Positions 40,330-53,170 of a stretch of 64,000 bases of DNA are shown piece after piece. How positions within the stretch are numbered: position 1 is the first letter of the stretch; every line of letters starts with the position of its first letter. The position numbers were made by a program, and so were the translations under genes. The stretch comes from Cetorhinus maximus (lineage: Eukaryota). The notes under the pieces are model-generated. The model ran no database searches, was not told the origin of the DNA, and saw only the letters and a list, made by a program, of their open reading frames with translations. The stretch lies in NCBI RefSeq assembly GCF_964194155.1, contig NC_135883.1, positions 34,596,001-34,660,000 on the forward strand, given 5' to 3'.

Positions 40330-41330
40330 TCCACTGGCTTTAAGTAAAAGGTTGACGATTGTTCCATGAAAGATATTGAGCTGTTCAAATGCTGGTCATC
40401 ATCTGGTTTTTCCAGGATTTCTAGAAGTACACCAATATCTCTACTCAGTAAGGATGAGTGTTGATTGTGGACAGCATGAAGAGAATCATTGACCTGTCGC
40501 CCCTTGTAACGACGAGGAGCAATTATCCTGCCTTTGGTTGGAAGGTTTATGCCACCTGGACTTTGCAATTTGATATCTGATGGCTGAAGGGGTATTGGCT
40601 GAAGCGAGTCTAAATCATCTGCTAGTATATTAACGCCAGCTCCAGTATCCATTTCAAAGGTGGTATCAAAGCCTTTAACCTGCACTGTAACTGACCAATA
40701 GTCTTGATTAAGACTACTAACTTCCCCTAAAAGCTCTGTAATTTCATCTTTGTCTTGATTTCCAATTTCTTGGGTGTAGTGTGTTTCCTAAATATTTTCT
40801 TGGCTTCTACCTCGATTAAAGTCGTTGGATTTGCAGAAACGCTTGAAATGTCCAGTCTTCCTGCACCAGAAGCCTTCCGTGCTGCTTGCTGGGCAGTCCT
40901 GGTGCCTATTTTGTTTCTTCACACCACAATGTAAGCATCCCAAAATAGCTGCCTCTGGAGTTTTCTGTCTTTATGCCTGGTTCAGCAGGCTTTCATGTGG
41001 GTTGGGCCTCTGCCCATCGGCCTACCCGGTCCATGGAGCCATGTGAAGGCTCAGAGTCGTGCCAAATTAATGTCCAGTTTATTTCTCTAAGCTCAGCCTA
41101 CCTCGCATATTGATACATTTGATTCAAAGTGAGGTTCTGTGGCCGCCAAAAATATTCGTTGAAGGGCTTGAGAACAGTGTCAAAGTCTGCAGTGAATTCC
41201 TCCACCCCCTGCATCAAGAGCTTCTGTTCTTTTGCATGAAGATGTGACGCTGCTTGATATCGGAGAAAGTGCAGCTTCCACAACACCCAATGCAGCCTCT
41301 CTGTAGGCCCTCGAAACATCCAAGTGGACT
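40330..41330 (-). pseudogene. Decayed gag (CCHC knuckles) and aspartic protease
   Basis: CLHCG..H..CPA..CRKTGHFKRFC at ~40830-40940 and FEMDTGAGVNIL in ORF 40227-40685. Confidence 0.8.
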
Positions 41331-41508
41331 GGGTAGGGGCAGTGACTGCTCATTGGATATGAACATCATTACCCCTCCCTACTATGTCTCTTTCTTCTGT
41401 AGAGTTGTAAATACGAGCTGCTATCAAGTTTTTCTTTACTCTCTTGCTGTGGTTCCGCCAATGGCACCAATGTATTTTTTCATATTGATGTCTCCACTGC
41501 TGCCACCA

Positions 41509-41798
41509 TATTTTGGATGGTCCCCCGGATCAGTGGACTCTCAGTGTGGTTCTTAGTTACTGGTATGCGTGACCCATCTTCCCTTAGACAGACTGCAGTC
41601 ACACTCTGGTACTTACTTGACACTTGTTTATCAACACTACATCTAAATAGGTTACAGAGTAGGTATGTTGCTCCTGAGAACTGTGTGTTCCAACTGCTCT
41701 CCCTCTCTCTCAAGAGAGAGACAGAGTCTGATGTCAGTGATACATCATCATCTACTTTATACGTTAGCATATCCATTATGCTAACCCTTAACCCAACA
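41509..41798 (-). repeat. 5' LTR
   Basis: tattttggatgg..aacccttaacccaaca, adjacent to the PBS. Confidence 0.85.
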
Positions 41799-44149
41799 TC
41801 AATTAGAGCGCATGCTCCATGCCACTCAAACTAGTGAATTGAGCATTCAATGGCCTTACCAGTGATCCTGAAAGAGACTGCTGGAGGCCGCTCCAGGAAC
41901 TTTGATGGTAGGCTTTTAAAACCATGTTGGTGAGAACAAGACAAATATTATTTTGCTGTCTTGGCTTTGTAAAGGAACTGCCAGATTTGCACCACCCAAT
42001 CTCCCCTCTGCAGTCCCCTGGGTTGGTGAACTGGCTGCCAGTGCTCATGTAGTACTGGCAGCTTGCTAATTTTATTTGAGAGGGATCCAACCATGAAAAT
42101 GTTGGACAGATGGTGCAATTGCCAAAAATTCGCTCAAGATGAAGATTTCCTCCAGTATCTGCTGTTCACATTCTTGTGCCAAGCTTGCTTTGCAAGTTTT
42201 GAATGTTGGTGAGAGGGATAATTCAAATTTATAGAGCACTGTGCAATTGCTTCACTTTGATCATGACTAACAGCTACTTTTCAAATGTGAGAGGTTCAAT
42301 GTTCTGAGATGTGACAAATAATTTTGAAATTTCAGAAACAAAGTGGCGCACTTGGTAGCATACTGCATTTGAAGATAAATTCACTGAGCATGACAACTTG
42401 TTTAAGGTCATTAAATTTCTTTTTGCACAGGAATCTTGCAGCCATACTCCTGGCTGGCAGTGACGTCCTCTGGGTTGGTGAACTGCCATTTTATTCCCAC
42501 TGCCTCTTGGGCATTTGTCTCCAGGGCCTCTCGCCTCCTGGGGGATATAGGACAACTCCTCTATTCCACCTCTTTCACCAAGACCTCCAGTGCCATGTCT
42601 GAAAACCTTGGTGCATGCTCTCTAACATACTAAGCCATTGGTGAATCTCCCTCTTTTGAAGCCACCTCCAGCAACCAGAATGCACCCTTCTTCAAGAGGC
42701 GGGACTCATGCTATTGGGCCCCCAGCTAATGCATGTAGCTAATGAGCAATGTAGGGAATGTTGGCTGCATACAGCAATCATGGAAGTCAGCTGGCAGGAT
42801 GAATTTCACCTGCTGCCTGCATCACAATGAATGGGTGCGGAGTAATGACACATTGTCATCGCTGTGCACATTTCAGGCCTTATTCAATGTATCCCCCCGT
42901 GTGTTTGACCCAAAGGATGAAAGAAAAGTCAAGCAGAGAAGTCAGGGAAAAGATGATAGAACAGAGGAAAATGATTGGCAGAAAAGACTATTTGGTCATC
43001 CACCTTGCTCCTTAAGTATCAAGATTAGACAAACCCTCACCTCAAGGAGCCACGTACTTTCTAGTAATTGAAAATGCTTAAGAGAGGTGTTACGTGAGTT
43101 CAGAAAGACTTAACAAACGAAGTAGCCAGAGATGGTAAACAATTCAGCATGTCACTTCCACGAAGAGTTAAGCTCCAGGGAACAGAAGTAGCATTTAACA
43201 TTTAACCAAGAGAGAACAGTCATCGGAAGAAGGCTGGACTTTTATGATGCTGCACCCAACTTGTTCAGAACTCCATGTTTGAATCCCTCCAGTTCTGCCC
43301 TGCCACATGTACACTGATGACACCTAGCTAAATTGCACCACTACCTCTCTCAATCCCTGCACTATCTCTAAATTGTTGGAATGCTTGTCCGACATTCAGT
43401 GAACAAAAGTTTCATTTAACTAAATGTTGGGAATATGGAACTGCAGTTACCACCACAAACGCTGTTCCCTAGTCATCTGCCTCCTTCTTCCAGGCAGCTA
43501 GCTGAGGCTGAACCAGGCTGTTAGCAACTTTAGTGGTGCATTTGACCCAGAGCTGACTTGCTGACCACACCAGCGCTAAAACTGCCTTTATTCACCTCCA
43601 TAAATCACTGAACTCTGCCCCATCCCAGTTCATCTGTTGCTGAAACTGTGATCCATGCCTTTGCGACCTCTGACTGTTGCACCACACTCTTGGCTGGCTT
43701 TCAATATTCCACCCTCTGCAAACCTAATGTCATCCAAAACTCTGCTCCCCAAATCCTAATACCAAAATCCTGTTCACCCATGACCCCTGTGGGGCAGGAT
43801 TCACTTTGGCTCCCGGTTAAGTCGTGCCTTAATTTTAAAATTTTCATCCTTGTTTTTAAATCCCTTTATGGCCTCACCCCTCCCTACCTCAGGGTGGAAT
43901 TTTCTGCGCCCGCTGACGTCGGGCGTGATCGTTGGCATGAGCAGACAATACGGCGCGATTGTCCGCTCAGCCCACCAACAGCAGGCCGTGTTTCCCACCA
44001 TCGGACATTGGGAACCCCATTGTAATAAAACAACATATCATTATCAGGCCAGCCCACCAGAATTGTTCCCCTCCCAACCCCGCTGGATCGTCTGTCCATG
44101 TCGGCAGGAAAGCGACGAGTTTCACGATAATAGAGGGCACATAATAGGG

Positions 44150-44672
44150 GTGCCATTGGCGGGCTGCACTTGGAGGGGAACTCGGAGGTGAGTACACAGT
44201 AACTGTGTGCGGTGCTTGCCAGGGTAGCCTTTCATTCCTGCAGATGACCGAGAACCAGTGTCGCTGAAGACTGCGCATGTCTGGGGAGCTGGTCAATCAC
44301 TTCTGCCACCTGCTGCAGGATTTGGTGCCAAGGGGACATGGAGGGCATCCACTGCTAGTGGCTGTGAAAGTGACCGTGGCGCTCAATTTCTATGCCAGTG
44401 GCTCCTTTCAGGGCTCCGCAGGTGACCTCTGTGGGATTTCACAAGCCTCCACACACAAATGCATCCATGAAGTCACGGATGCCATCTTTGCGAGGGCACA
44501 CAACTTTGTGCATTTTACCCGGGACCAGGACTGCTAGGATGCAAGACCGATTAGATTTGCCCAGATCTCAGGTTTCCCACAGTTGCAGGGTGCGATCAAC
44601 TGCACTCATGTGGCTCTGAGGTCTCCGTCGCAACACACGGTGGACTACATCAACTACAAGGGCTTCCATTCG
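44150..44672 (+). pseudogene. Harbinger transposase N-terminal half
   Basis: HPLLVAVKVTVALNFYASGSFQGSAGDLCGISQASTHKCIHEVTDAIF and GAINCTHVAL. Confidence 0.9.
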
Positions 44673-44949
44673 AGGTGCAGGCATCAGTAATGTTTCCAGG
44701 GAGTGTGAGGCTGGACCATCACTGTGGTCTGAAGGCCGCACAGAGCACAGGGAAGAAGCCCTGGACTGAGACACCTGCCTTTTAACTTGTGCAGAAAGGT
44801 TTCACATTTGAGTGACAAGAACACTGCTCATCAGAACAAGGAGCCACAGGCAGGGAGACATTCGTGGGAGTTAACTGACAATTCTAAACAGCATGTACAA
44901 GTGATTAACACCTATGCCCAGGGTTGGCAACTAATTCTCCTTAGCTTTC

Positions 44950-46652
44950 CTAACCTGCCGTTACATCTTGGTGCTGCCCAGACATTCACAGCGGAGGTGG
45001 AGGTAGCTCGCTGACTGCAATGCCCTGTCTGTGATGATCTTGGTGGGCGTCCTCTAGAGGGCCGAGACTTGGAGGGCCCTGGCCTGCTTTCGGGGTCCTG
45101 CTGTGTGGCAGTGGCACCCTCCTTGGCCTATGGAGCTGGAGCTGTTGAGGGCACAGGAGGACGGGAGTCGGATGGGCCGGGCACTCCCGGAGTCACCTGG
45201 ATGGATGGGCCCAGAGTGTGCACCTGCTGATCCTCCTCCCTTTGGGTGCCTGAGGACCCAAGGCTGAATCCTTGAGGAGCAGGGGTAGCTGGAGTGAGAT
45301 TGAGCTGCCTAGCACCCCTCTCGCGTACACACTGTTGGACGCCAACTATGGCATCAGCGGTGGAGTTGAGCCTGTGCAGCAGTGCAGGAGTGACGACCTG
45401 AACCAAGGTCCCCATGGCGGCCGCCATCCTGCCAGTGTTGACCTCGGTGCGTTGACAGGTTGGTGCTATCACCTCAGAATGAAGGTGGACGGACTCCTCC
45501 ATCGTACCTTGCAATCTGAGGAGTGCAGCGGACATCCCTTCCTGAGGTTCCCGAGTTTGCCTTTGCAGCTCCAGCAACTGTGACATGACTGAGTCCAGAG
45601 GCTCCTCGTCTGACTCGGGCTCAGCAAAGCTCTGGCTTCTAGCAGTCCTCCAAGTGCCAGAAACCTGAGAAGTCCCTGCCACCACCTGTTGTGGATCAGA
45701 AAGTGCTATGTGTTCACCAGATTGTGATCCTGAGGCTACTCTAAAGCTAGGTCCGACCGAGGTGCGTGGCTCTGCGCTGATGGAGGGTGTGGGTGAGCGC
45801 TGTGATGGGACTTCAGGGAGGGTGCCTCCAGATTCCTCTTCAGAGGTTTCTTCGGGGATTGATTGGAAGCCCTGGATTGTGGGCTCCATCAGCTGTCTGG
45901 CAGATGTGCCTGCAAAAGCAAGGAGAGATAATTAGTGCATGGCAATGGCCTGTGAAACAGGACACATCACTCACAGCATGTGTTGTCTGACGGATGTTGC
46001 ACTCCTGGACCCTCACTTGGTAGAGCACCAACAACCTCACCGTCAGCACAGGACTGGTCCAGATCCTCACCGGCCAGCTCGATAGCTCTGTTTTCAAAGT
46101 CCGTGAGGACCTTGATTTCAGGCATTCCTCCACCAGTCTGCGACATCTGCCTCTTGTTGTGCGCCAGCTTGTCCTGCATGAATAGAGATGGAGAAAGTGT
46201 AAGCAGGATGCCTGCCTGGCCAGATGATAAGTATGCCTGGCTTGTGTGGGTGGTGAGTCGTCCCGTGGATGGGATGAGGACAGTGATGGTGAATGTGAGA
46301 GAGAGTGAATGGTGATGTCACTTGAACTGGCAGTGAGTGAGGTCCCTGTGGATGTGTGATGGGTTTGTGAGTCTGCGAGTTGAGTGTAATGAGAAGAGTG
46401 ACTTACCCTGGCGGAACAGAGATCATTCATCCTCTTGCGGCACTGGGTGGCTGTCCTCTTTTGAAAGGCATTGGTGCTGACCACCACTACCACCGCCTAA
46501 ACCAGGTTAATCCTGTTGCTGCCCATCCTGCGGCCAGAGCGGGGGTAGAGGACATCCCGGCGGGCCTCCACGGCATCCAAATGGTGCTCGAGGGATGTGT
46601 CGCTGAATCTGGGGGCTGCAGTCTTCTTCAATTTCAGGGCCATGTCTTCCAT
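44950..46652 (-). pseudogene. Harbinger Myb/SANT gene, 3 exons (46652-46407, 46173-46017, 45909-~44950)
   Basis: AAPRFSDTSLEHHLDAVEARRDVLYP..RTATQCRKRMNDL|gtaagt, then DKLAHNKRQMSQTGGG, then a 253-aa acidic/coiled-coil ORF at 45128-45889. Confidence 0.88.
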
Positions 46653-47250
46653 GCAACAGTGGTGGTCTGGAAGCACTGAGATGTGTGCTTGTGGCTGGTG
46701 TCCCGGCGTGATGCAGCAGGGTGTGTTTCCTGGGAGTGCATAAATAATGTGACGGGTTTGGGATGACACAGCTTGAAAACCCGCCAACACAGCCAGCGGG
46801 TAAATGTCATTTTACCCCACCAACTACTGCATAGTGCAAATCTAGTACGATTCTGCCCTCTGCAATATGCTCCAGCCTCATAACCCTCTGATATCTCTGC
46901 GCTTCTCTCATTCTGGCCCCTAAAGTATTCCCAATTTAACACTCCACCTCTGGTGGCCGTTCTTATAGATACCTCAGCTCTGGAATTCCATCCATAAACC
47001 TCTCCAACTTTCTATCTCATTTTTCTCCTAAGACCTATACCTTAAGAGCTACCTCTTTGACCAAGCTTTATGTCTTCTGCTCTAATATCTCTTTATGTGG
47101 TTTGGTATCAAGTTTGTTTATTACGCTCCAGTGAAGCTCTTTGGGTTATTACCCTGAAAGATGCCATACAAGCTGTTGTTGTTTTTCTTGGCTCTGTTCT
47201 GAGTCTATCCCAACTAGCACAGTAGTAGCATCACACAATACAATGGAGGG

Positions 47251-47497
47251 AAAAAAAAATACCTGGAAAAACTCAGCATGTCTGGCAGCATCGGCGGAGA
47301 AGAGTACAGTTGACGTTTCGAGTCCTCATGACCCTTCAACAGAAGGGTCTGTTCTGTTCTGTTGAAGGGGCATGAGGACTCGAAACGTCAACTGTACTCT
47401 TCTCTGCCGATGCTGCCAGACCTGCTGAGTTTTTCCAGGTATTTTTTATTTTTTGTTTTGGATTTCCAGCATCCGCAGTTTTTTGTTTTTATTTTTA
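47251..47497. mobile_element. Penelope pLTR fragment in inverted (palindromic) arrangement with hammerhead cores
   Basis: Arms 47251-47344 and 47357-47447 are near-perfect inverted copies containing CTGTTGA..GAAACGTC. 11-bp TSD acaatggaggg. Confidence 0.88.
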
Positions 47498-47499
47498 AC

Positions 47500-48150
47500 A
47501 ATGGAGGGTATCCTCAGTGTGAAGGCAGCACTGCATCTCCACAACTACTGTGCAGTGGCCACTCCTACCAATACTATCATGGACAGATGTATCTATGACA
47601 GGTGGAACGATGAGCATGAGATCAAGTAGTTTCTTTCCTCTTGTGTTGATTTCCTCACCACCTGTCACAGGACCAGTTTGGCAGGTATGTCTTCAGTACG
47701 TAGCCAGCTCAGTCAGTGGTGGTAATACCGCTGCAGTCATCTGTGTCAGCTATATTTGAACCATTATGGCAAATCAAAGAGAGGGGGGGCATTGATTGGC
47801 GAGGGTTATCCACCCATGATATGGATCATGACTCCATCCTGGGACCCATGTACACATTCACAGCAGGCATACAATGAAAGACATACCGCTGCAAGAAACA
47901 TTATGGAGCACACCATCGGTGCCTTCAAGCAATGCTTAAGCTGCCTGGACTGCTCTGGAGGAGCCCTGCAGTGCTCAGCTAAGCAGGTTTCAAGACTTGT
48001 GTTTGTATGCTGAATGCTGCACAATCTTTCCATTATGAGGGAACAGCCCTTACCACCACCTATCAGGTGAGAAGCTAAGGCGCAGGAGTACAATGAGGTA
48101 GAGGTGGAGGAGGAAGAAGAGGGAGAGAGATTGCAGCACAAATAATTCCT
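47500..48150 (+). mobile_element. Harbinger transposase C-terminal relic
   Basis: GYP..WIMTP..AYNERHTAARNIMEHTIGAFKQCLSCLDCSGGALQ, followed by an acidic tail. Confidence 0.8.
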
Positions 48151-48879
48151 TTCCATCTATTCGCTGTGTCATCAAATAATTCATCACAATGAGTTATTCA
48201 GGATGCAACAAATTTCCACTTCTTTCACTTACTTTCATCCCACTTTCAAAAGCTTCCAAGATTCTAGTGGGCCTTTAGAGAAGTATTAAAGCAATAGTGT
48301 AAAAAAAAACATTCACTGTTATTAATCAAATGATTTCATAAGCTTTCTTTGTGAATTAGCTTTGCTATTACATCTGTGATGCAGGAAATCAATATAAGTC
48401 AAAAATAAAACCTGAATATATTTTTTGATTGTTACTGTCATGGAAGTTGTCAACTATTTAAACCTATTTTTGTTTATATTAATTTAACACTTCACTGAGC
48501 TTCTTTCATGTAGGTGAGATATTAGAGCTGTTATCAGTCTCAATTACACTTAGACTCAGAGAGATGTGTGGTTTAGTAATGAGAATTTTCAGACTTCATA
48601 AAAATTTGCCATCCAAAATAATTTATTTTATTGTCCACACATTGTAGTGACCTGTGATACACAGGGGGAGTTTCCAGAACGTTCAGCTCCGGAGGTCACT
48701 CTTGTGTTACATTAAGGCAATTGATCTTCCCAATTTCTTATTCCCTGTAGCATCTACAAGCCATCTGCAATCAAGGTTTCATCAGCAGTGACAGCTTAAA
48801 TATACACGACTCCTATCACCATGAGAGAGAGTGAGTCCACATACAGTACTGCATTTGCTAGAGGTTGTGGGTTTACATG

Positions 48880-50390
48880 TAGGGTAAAATCTTTATTATC
48901 CGGCACACAGGAGTAATGGGTGGTGCCGGTTAATCAGAAATGCCAGTTAACAGAGTGCTCCATTTACCGATGGAATACAGGGCAATACTTGTAGCATGAA
49001 CTTTGAAAGAAAAGAATATAAAATAATATGCAAATACTCAAAGTAAAGAACAGTATACTTTTTGACTTCTAAGCTTCAATAGTACATTAAAACAAACTAA
49101 AGTATAAAATAATACAGTTATACATGTACTCAAGAGAACTAATCCTCTGCATCTCTTACAAGTGTCCCTGAAGATGTAGAAGGTGTAGGAGATTGGGCCT
49201 TAGTATAAGCACTGGATGCTTTTATTGAATAAATCCCTGATGTCAGCTTGCCTATTTGCCTTCTGCTTTTTCTGCATGAAAGTAGAGTGCAGAATGTGCA
49301 ATTGCATAACCTCTTTTGCAGAGTAGCAAGTCTGCCTTTTAGCAGATTTAATTAATGCATCAAAAGCTGAAGCAACATTAGCCCAAGTTACTTTCTCATC
49401 TTCACTGAAATCTTCTTCTTTAGAGCCTTATTCAGTCTCTTTCGGCTTTTGAGGATTCATAACACTCTCTCCATAATTTCTGCACCACTAACAGTGTATC
49501 ATTTCAGCCTCCTTGTCAGCTTCAACCCACTCTTCTATCTCACTTTTGTGAAGCTTGCTGATTGGGTGAGCACCTGCCAGGGTAGAATTCGGCAAACATC
49601 GACAGAATAAGCCAGTTTCATCTGCATTTTAAATTTGATCAAAGGATAGGTTATGTTCAGCAATTGAATTGTTTAAAAAATCCACAGTATTTTTCTGTAG
49701 CTTCATGGTAAGCCGATTTTTGTTCACCAGATACATCTAACTTTCTAATGCCATGGTGAAGTTTAAAACACAAAAGCCATCTATCAGGAAATACACATGG
49801 TTCAGTCAATTTAATTTCCTCATGAAATTCTTTTGCCTTTTCAATGAGCATTGGGCTGGGGATAGCACCCTGAGAACGTTTCAACAAAAACTTATTCATA
49901 TAAAACACTGTCTGTCTGTGTTAACTTGGGGGCAGATGGAGTATGGCACCCTTCAACAGCTTTATTTGATTTGGAGCTAGTGAAAAACCTCAGTAATTGT
50001 TCTTCTTGACTCCTGATATTGTATATTGTGGGTAAGCCAACATTGTACATTCACCAAAGCCTTTTGATTCTCGGCCTTTCAAAATGTCTACAGGTGTCAC
50101 TTTTCTGCATTAGTGTCAACACAATTCTTTTGCGCTTCACCTTGGCTTTTCCCTGGTTTATGGAATGCCATAACTGCAGATTGGGGTTTATAATGCAATA
50201 GCAAAAGCAAAAATTACAATGGCAGCTATGATCAAGAAAGATTACCAGCATCTCTACCAGATGTTTGCCTAGCCATACCGAGATGACGTGGGAAAACTTT
50301 GGGTTCCGGATAGCTTCGTAATTGCTTTCTGGTTGATAAAATGATGATTCGTATTAAGGGGACATCAGAAATTCCGATCAGGTCGAACGT
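48880..50390 (-). mobile_element. Tigger/pogo (TIGD/CENP-B-like) transposon relic lacking the DDE core
   Basis: KRKRIVLTLMQK (psq-type HTH) and [29 protein letters not shown] (CENP-B HTH). Tigger-like terminus gtaaaatctttattatccggcac. Confidence 0.75.
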
Positions 50391-50393
50391 GTA

Positions 50394-51990
50394 AACATAC
50401 GAAACAGGAGCTGAAGTAGGCCATTCGGCCCCACAGGCCTGCTCCACCACTCATTAAGATCATGGCTGATATGCTTGTGTTTTGAATTCCACAATCCCAC
50501 CTACCCTTGATTATCTTTGATTCCCCTGCCTAACAAGAATCTATTTACTTCCACGTTAAAAATATTCAATGACACCGCCACCTCTGCTTTCGGAGGCAGA
50601 GAGTTCCAAAGTTGCAAAACCGTTAGAGAAAGAAAAAATGCTCCTCATCTCTGTCCTAAAAGGGCAACACCTAATGATAAAACAGTGCCCCCTATTTCTG
50701 GGCTCACCCACAAGAGGAAACATCCTTTCCATGTCCACCCTAGATACTTCAATCAAATCACCCCTCACTTTTCTAAACTCCAGTGGAAACAAGCCCAGTC
50801 TGTCCAACCTTTCCTCATAAGACAACCCACCCATTCCAGGTATCAATCTAGTAATCCTCCTTTGAACTGCCTCCAATGCATTTACATCCTTACTTAAATA
50901 AGAAGACCAAAACTGCACACAGTATTCGAGGTGCGGTGTCACCAATGCCCTGTATAACTGAAGCATAACATCCTTTTATGTTCAATCCCTCTCATAATAA
51001 AGGATAGCATTCCATTAGCCTTCTTAATTACTTGCTGTACCTGCATACTAACTTTTTGTTATTCATGTACTAGAACACCTAGATACCTCTGCACCTCAGA
51101 ATTGTGCAGCCGTTCTCCACTTACGTAATACTCTGCTTTGTTGTTCTTCCTGCCAAAGTGAATGACTTCACGTTTTTTCACAATAAACTCCATTTGCCAG
51201 ATCTTTGCCCACTCACTCAACCTATCTATCTCTATCTGCAACCTCCTCATGTCCTCTTCACAATGTACTTTCCTACCTATCTTTGTGTTATCTGCAAATT
51301 TAGCTACCATGTCTTCACTCCCCTCATCTAAGTCATTGATGTAAATCGTAAAATGTTGAGGCCCCAGTACAGACCCCTATGGGACTCCACTTGTCACATC
51401 CTGCCAATCAGAAAAAGACCCATTTCTGCATACTCTCTGTTTTCTGCCAGCCAATCTTTTATCCATGCTAACATGTTACCCATTATACCATGCGTTTTTA
51501 TTTTCCATAATAATCTTTGATGTGGCACCTTATCAAATGTTTTCTGGAAATCCAAGTACAGCACATCTACAGGCTCCCCTTTATCCACTGCTCATGTTAC
51601 TCCTTCAAAAAACTCCAATAAATAGGGTAAACATGATTTTCCTTTCACAAAACCATGCTGACTCTTCCCGATTGCCTTGAGCTCTTCTAAGTGCCCAGCT
51701 ATAACCTTCTTAATGATCGATTCTAATAACTTCCCCACAACCAACGTCAAGTTAACTGGCCTATAGTTTCCTGTTTTCTGCCTCCCTTTCTTCTTGAATA
51801 GAGGGGTTATATTTGCTACTTTCCAATCTGATGGATCCTTTCCAGAATCTAGCGAATTTTGGAAAATTAACACCAGTGCATCAACTGCCTCATTAGCCAG
51901 CTCTTTTAAGAGCCTAGGATGTAGTCCATCGGGACCCAGACACTTGCCAGCCACAGCTCCATCAATTTGCTCAGTGCCATTTCCCCAAGA
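50394..51990 (-). mobile_element. 5'-truncated CR1
   Basis: GPDGLHPRLLKEL..WKVANITPLFKK, AKFADNTK, LYRALVTPHLEYCVQFW. Confidence 0.95.
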
Positions 51991-52459
51991 CTAGTAGTGG
52001 GGATGGAAATTGTGTGTAAGTGAAATTTAAAGGAATGGGCATTATTAAAAGCAACAATCGCAATAGGGTGACAAAAATTCTGAAAAACCTCAAAAGGCAC
52101 CTCAGCTCATTAGCAACCAGAGCCAGGCCTGAAGAGATAGGCGTATGTGCAGTGGTGACAAAAACGAAAGAAGTGCAAACTGCATGTATAGCCATAAGGC
52201 TGCAGGCAAGTGAAAATGGTATGCTTCAGCACTTGATCACGTTGGCTGGCTGCTGTAGTTGAGACAATGCTACCTGAGGTGGGTGTAAATTCATAGCACC
52301 ATCTCTACACAGCTACCTTACCTAGAAAGGGGATGGAGGCACAGTCCCGATCATCATGGCCACTGGTTCTGTCAGCCACATGGCGCATGTTACCACCAGG
52401 TGTCCTTACAGCATATGGCACAGCTCTGCAGCCGACGTTTTGCAACTTGGATCCTGTAA

Positions 52460-53051
52460 AGAAAGAAAGGCTTAAATTTATATCATGCCTTTCACTGCTT
52501 CAGGACTTTACAGCACTTTACAGCCAATTATTATTTCTGAAGTATAGTCACTATTATAATCTAGGAAATAAGAGCCAACAAAGTAAGTCCTTTCCACGGG
52601 TGCAGGGATTGTGGTGCCCAGTTAACCCACAGCTGTTCATAGCATTGCTGGCAGCAGTTACATTTGTACTGCCCGCTCTTGTGAATGATTCCTCCATGCG
52701 CTGTTCATTTCTTGCATGCATCATGAGTTGAAACCTGATCAGTGATAAAATGAGAGTTCCAGAGCCCAATTTCTCCTCCTTGTCTTATTGATGTTGGCTG
52801 AGGGATAAACATTGAGCAAGATGGCGGGCAGAATTTCCCTACTCTTCGGTGAAATATTGATCTTTTACATCAACAAGAGAGACCTGACAGGCCTCAGTGT
52901 AACTCTGGAATCTGCAAGATGGCACGTCTGTCAGTACGGCAATCCATCAGTATTACACTGGAGCGGCAGCCTCGATTATGCACTCTGGTTTCTACAGTGG
53001 GACTTGAACCCAAAAACCTTTTGATTCATAGCCAACTGAGCCGTGACTGAC
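52460..53051 (-). mobile_element. Deu-domain SINE with ~200-bp interruption
   Basis: gtgggacttgaaccc (B box, reverse) and gatgttggctgagggataaacattg core. Foreign sequence at ~52580-52780. Confidence 0.7.
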
Positions 53052-53170
53052 AATTGCCTGCAGGATGTCCCTGCTCCCTTTATCAGGACTGATCACTGGA
53101 CTTCATTTGCCATTATACCATGACTGCACTTGTTGTGGGGGGGCATCTGGTCTGTGATGTGTGTGTTACC

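Larger units (their letters stand above)
38551..41798 (-). mobile_element. Gypsy-type LTR retroelement, gag-protease only (no RT/RH/IN visible)
   Basis: Two related LTRs (38551-38837, 41509-41798). PBS tggtggcagcagtgg (tRNA-Leu-like) at 41494-41508. Short purine tract beside the 3' LTR. Confidence 0.85.
43892..46858 (+). mobile_element. Internally deleted Harbinger transposon (H5)
   Basis: Termini gggtggaatt / gattctgccc, flanks TCA/TCT. Transposase stops after NYKGFHS (~44672). Myb gene retained. Confidence 0.9.
43330..47180 (+). mobile_element. L2 LINE 3' part, split by Harbinger H5
   Basis: IHAFATS..IQNSA..WLPVK..FKIFILVFKSLYGLTPPYL. L2 resumes at 46859 and ends with its tail near 47180. 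Confidence 0.82.
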
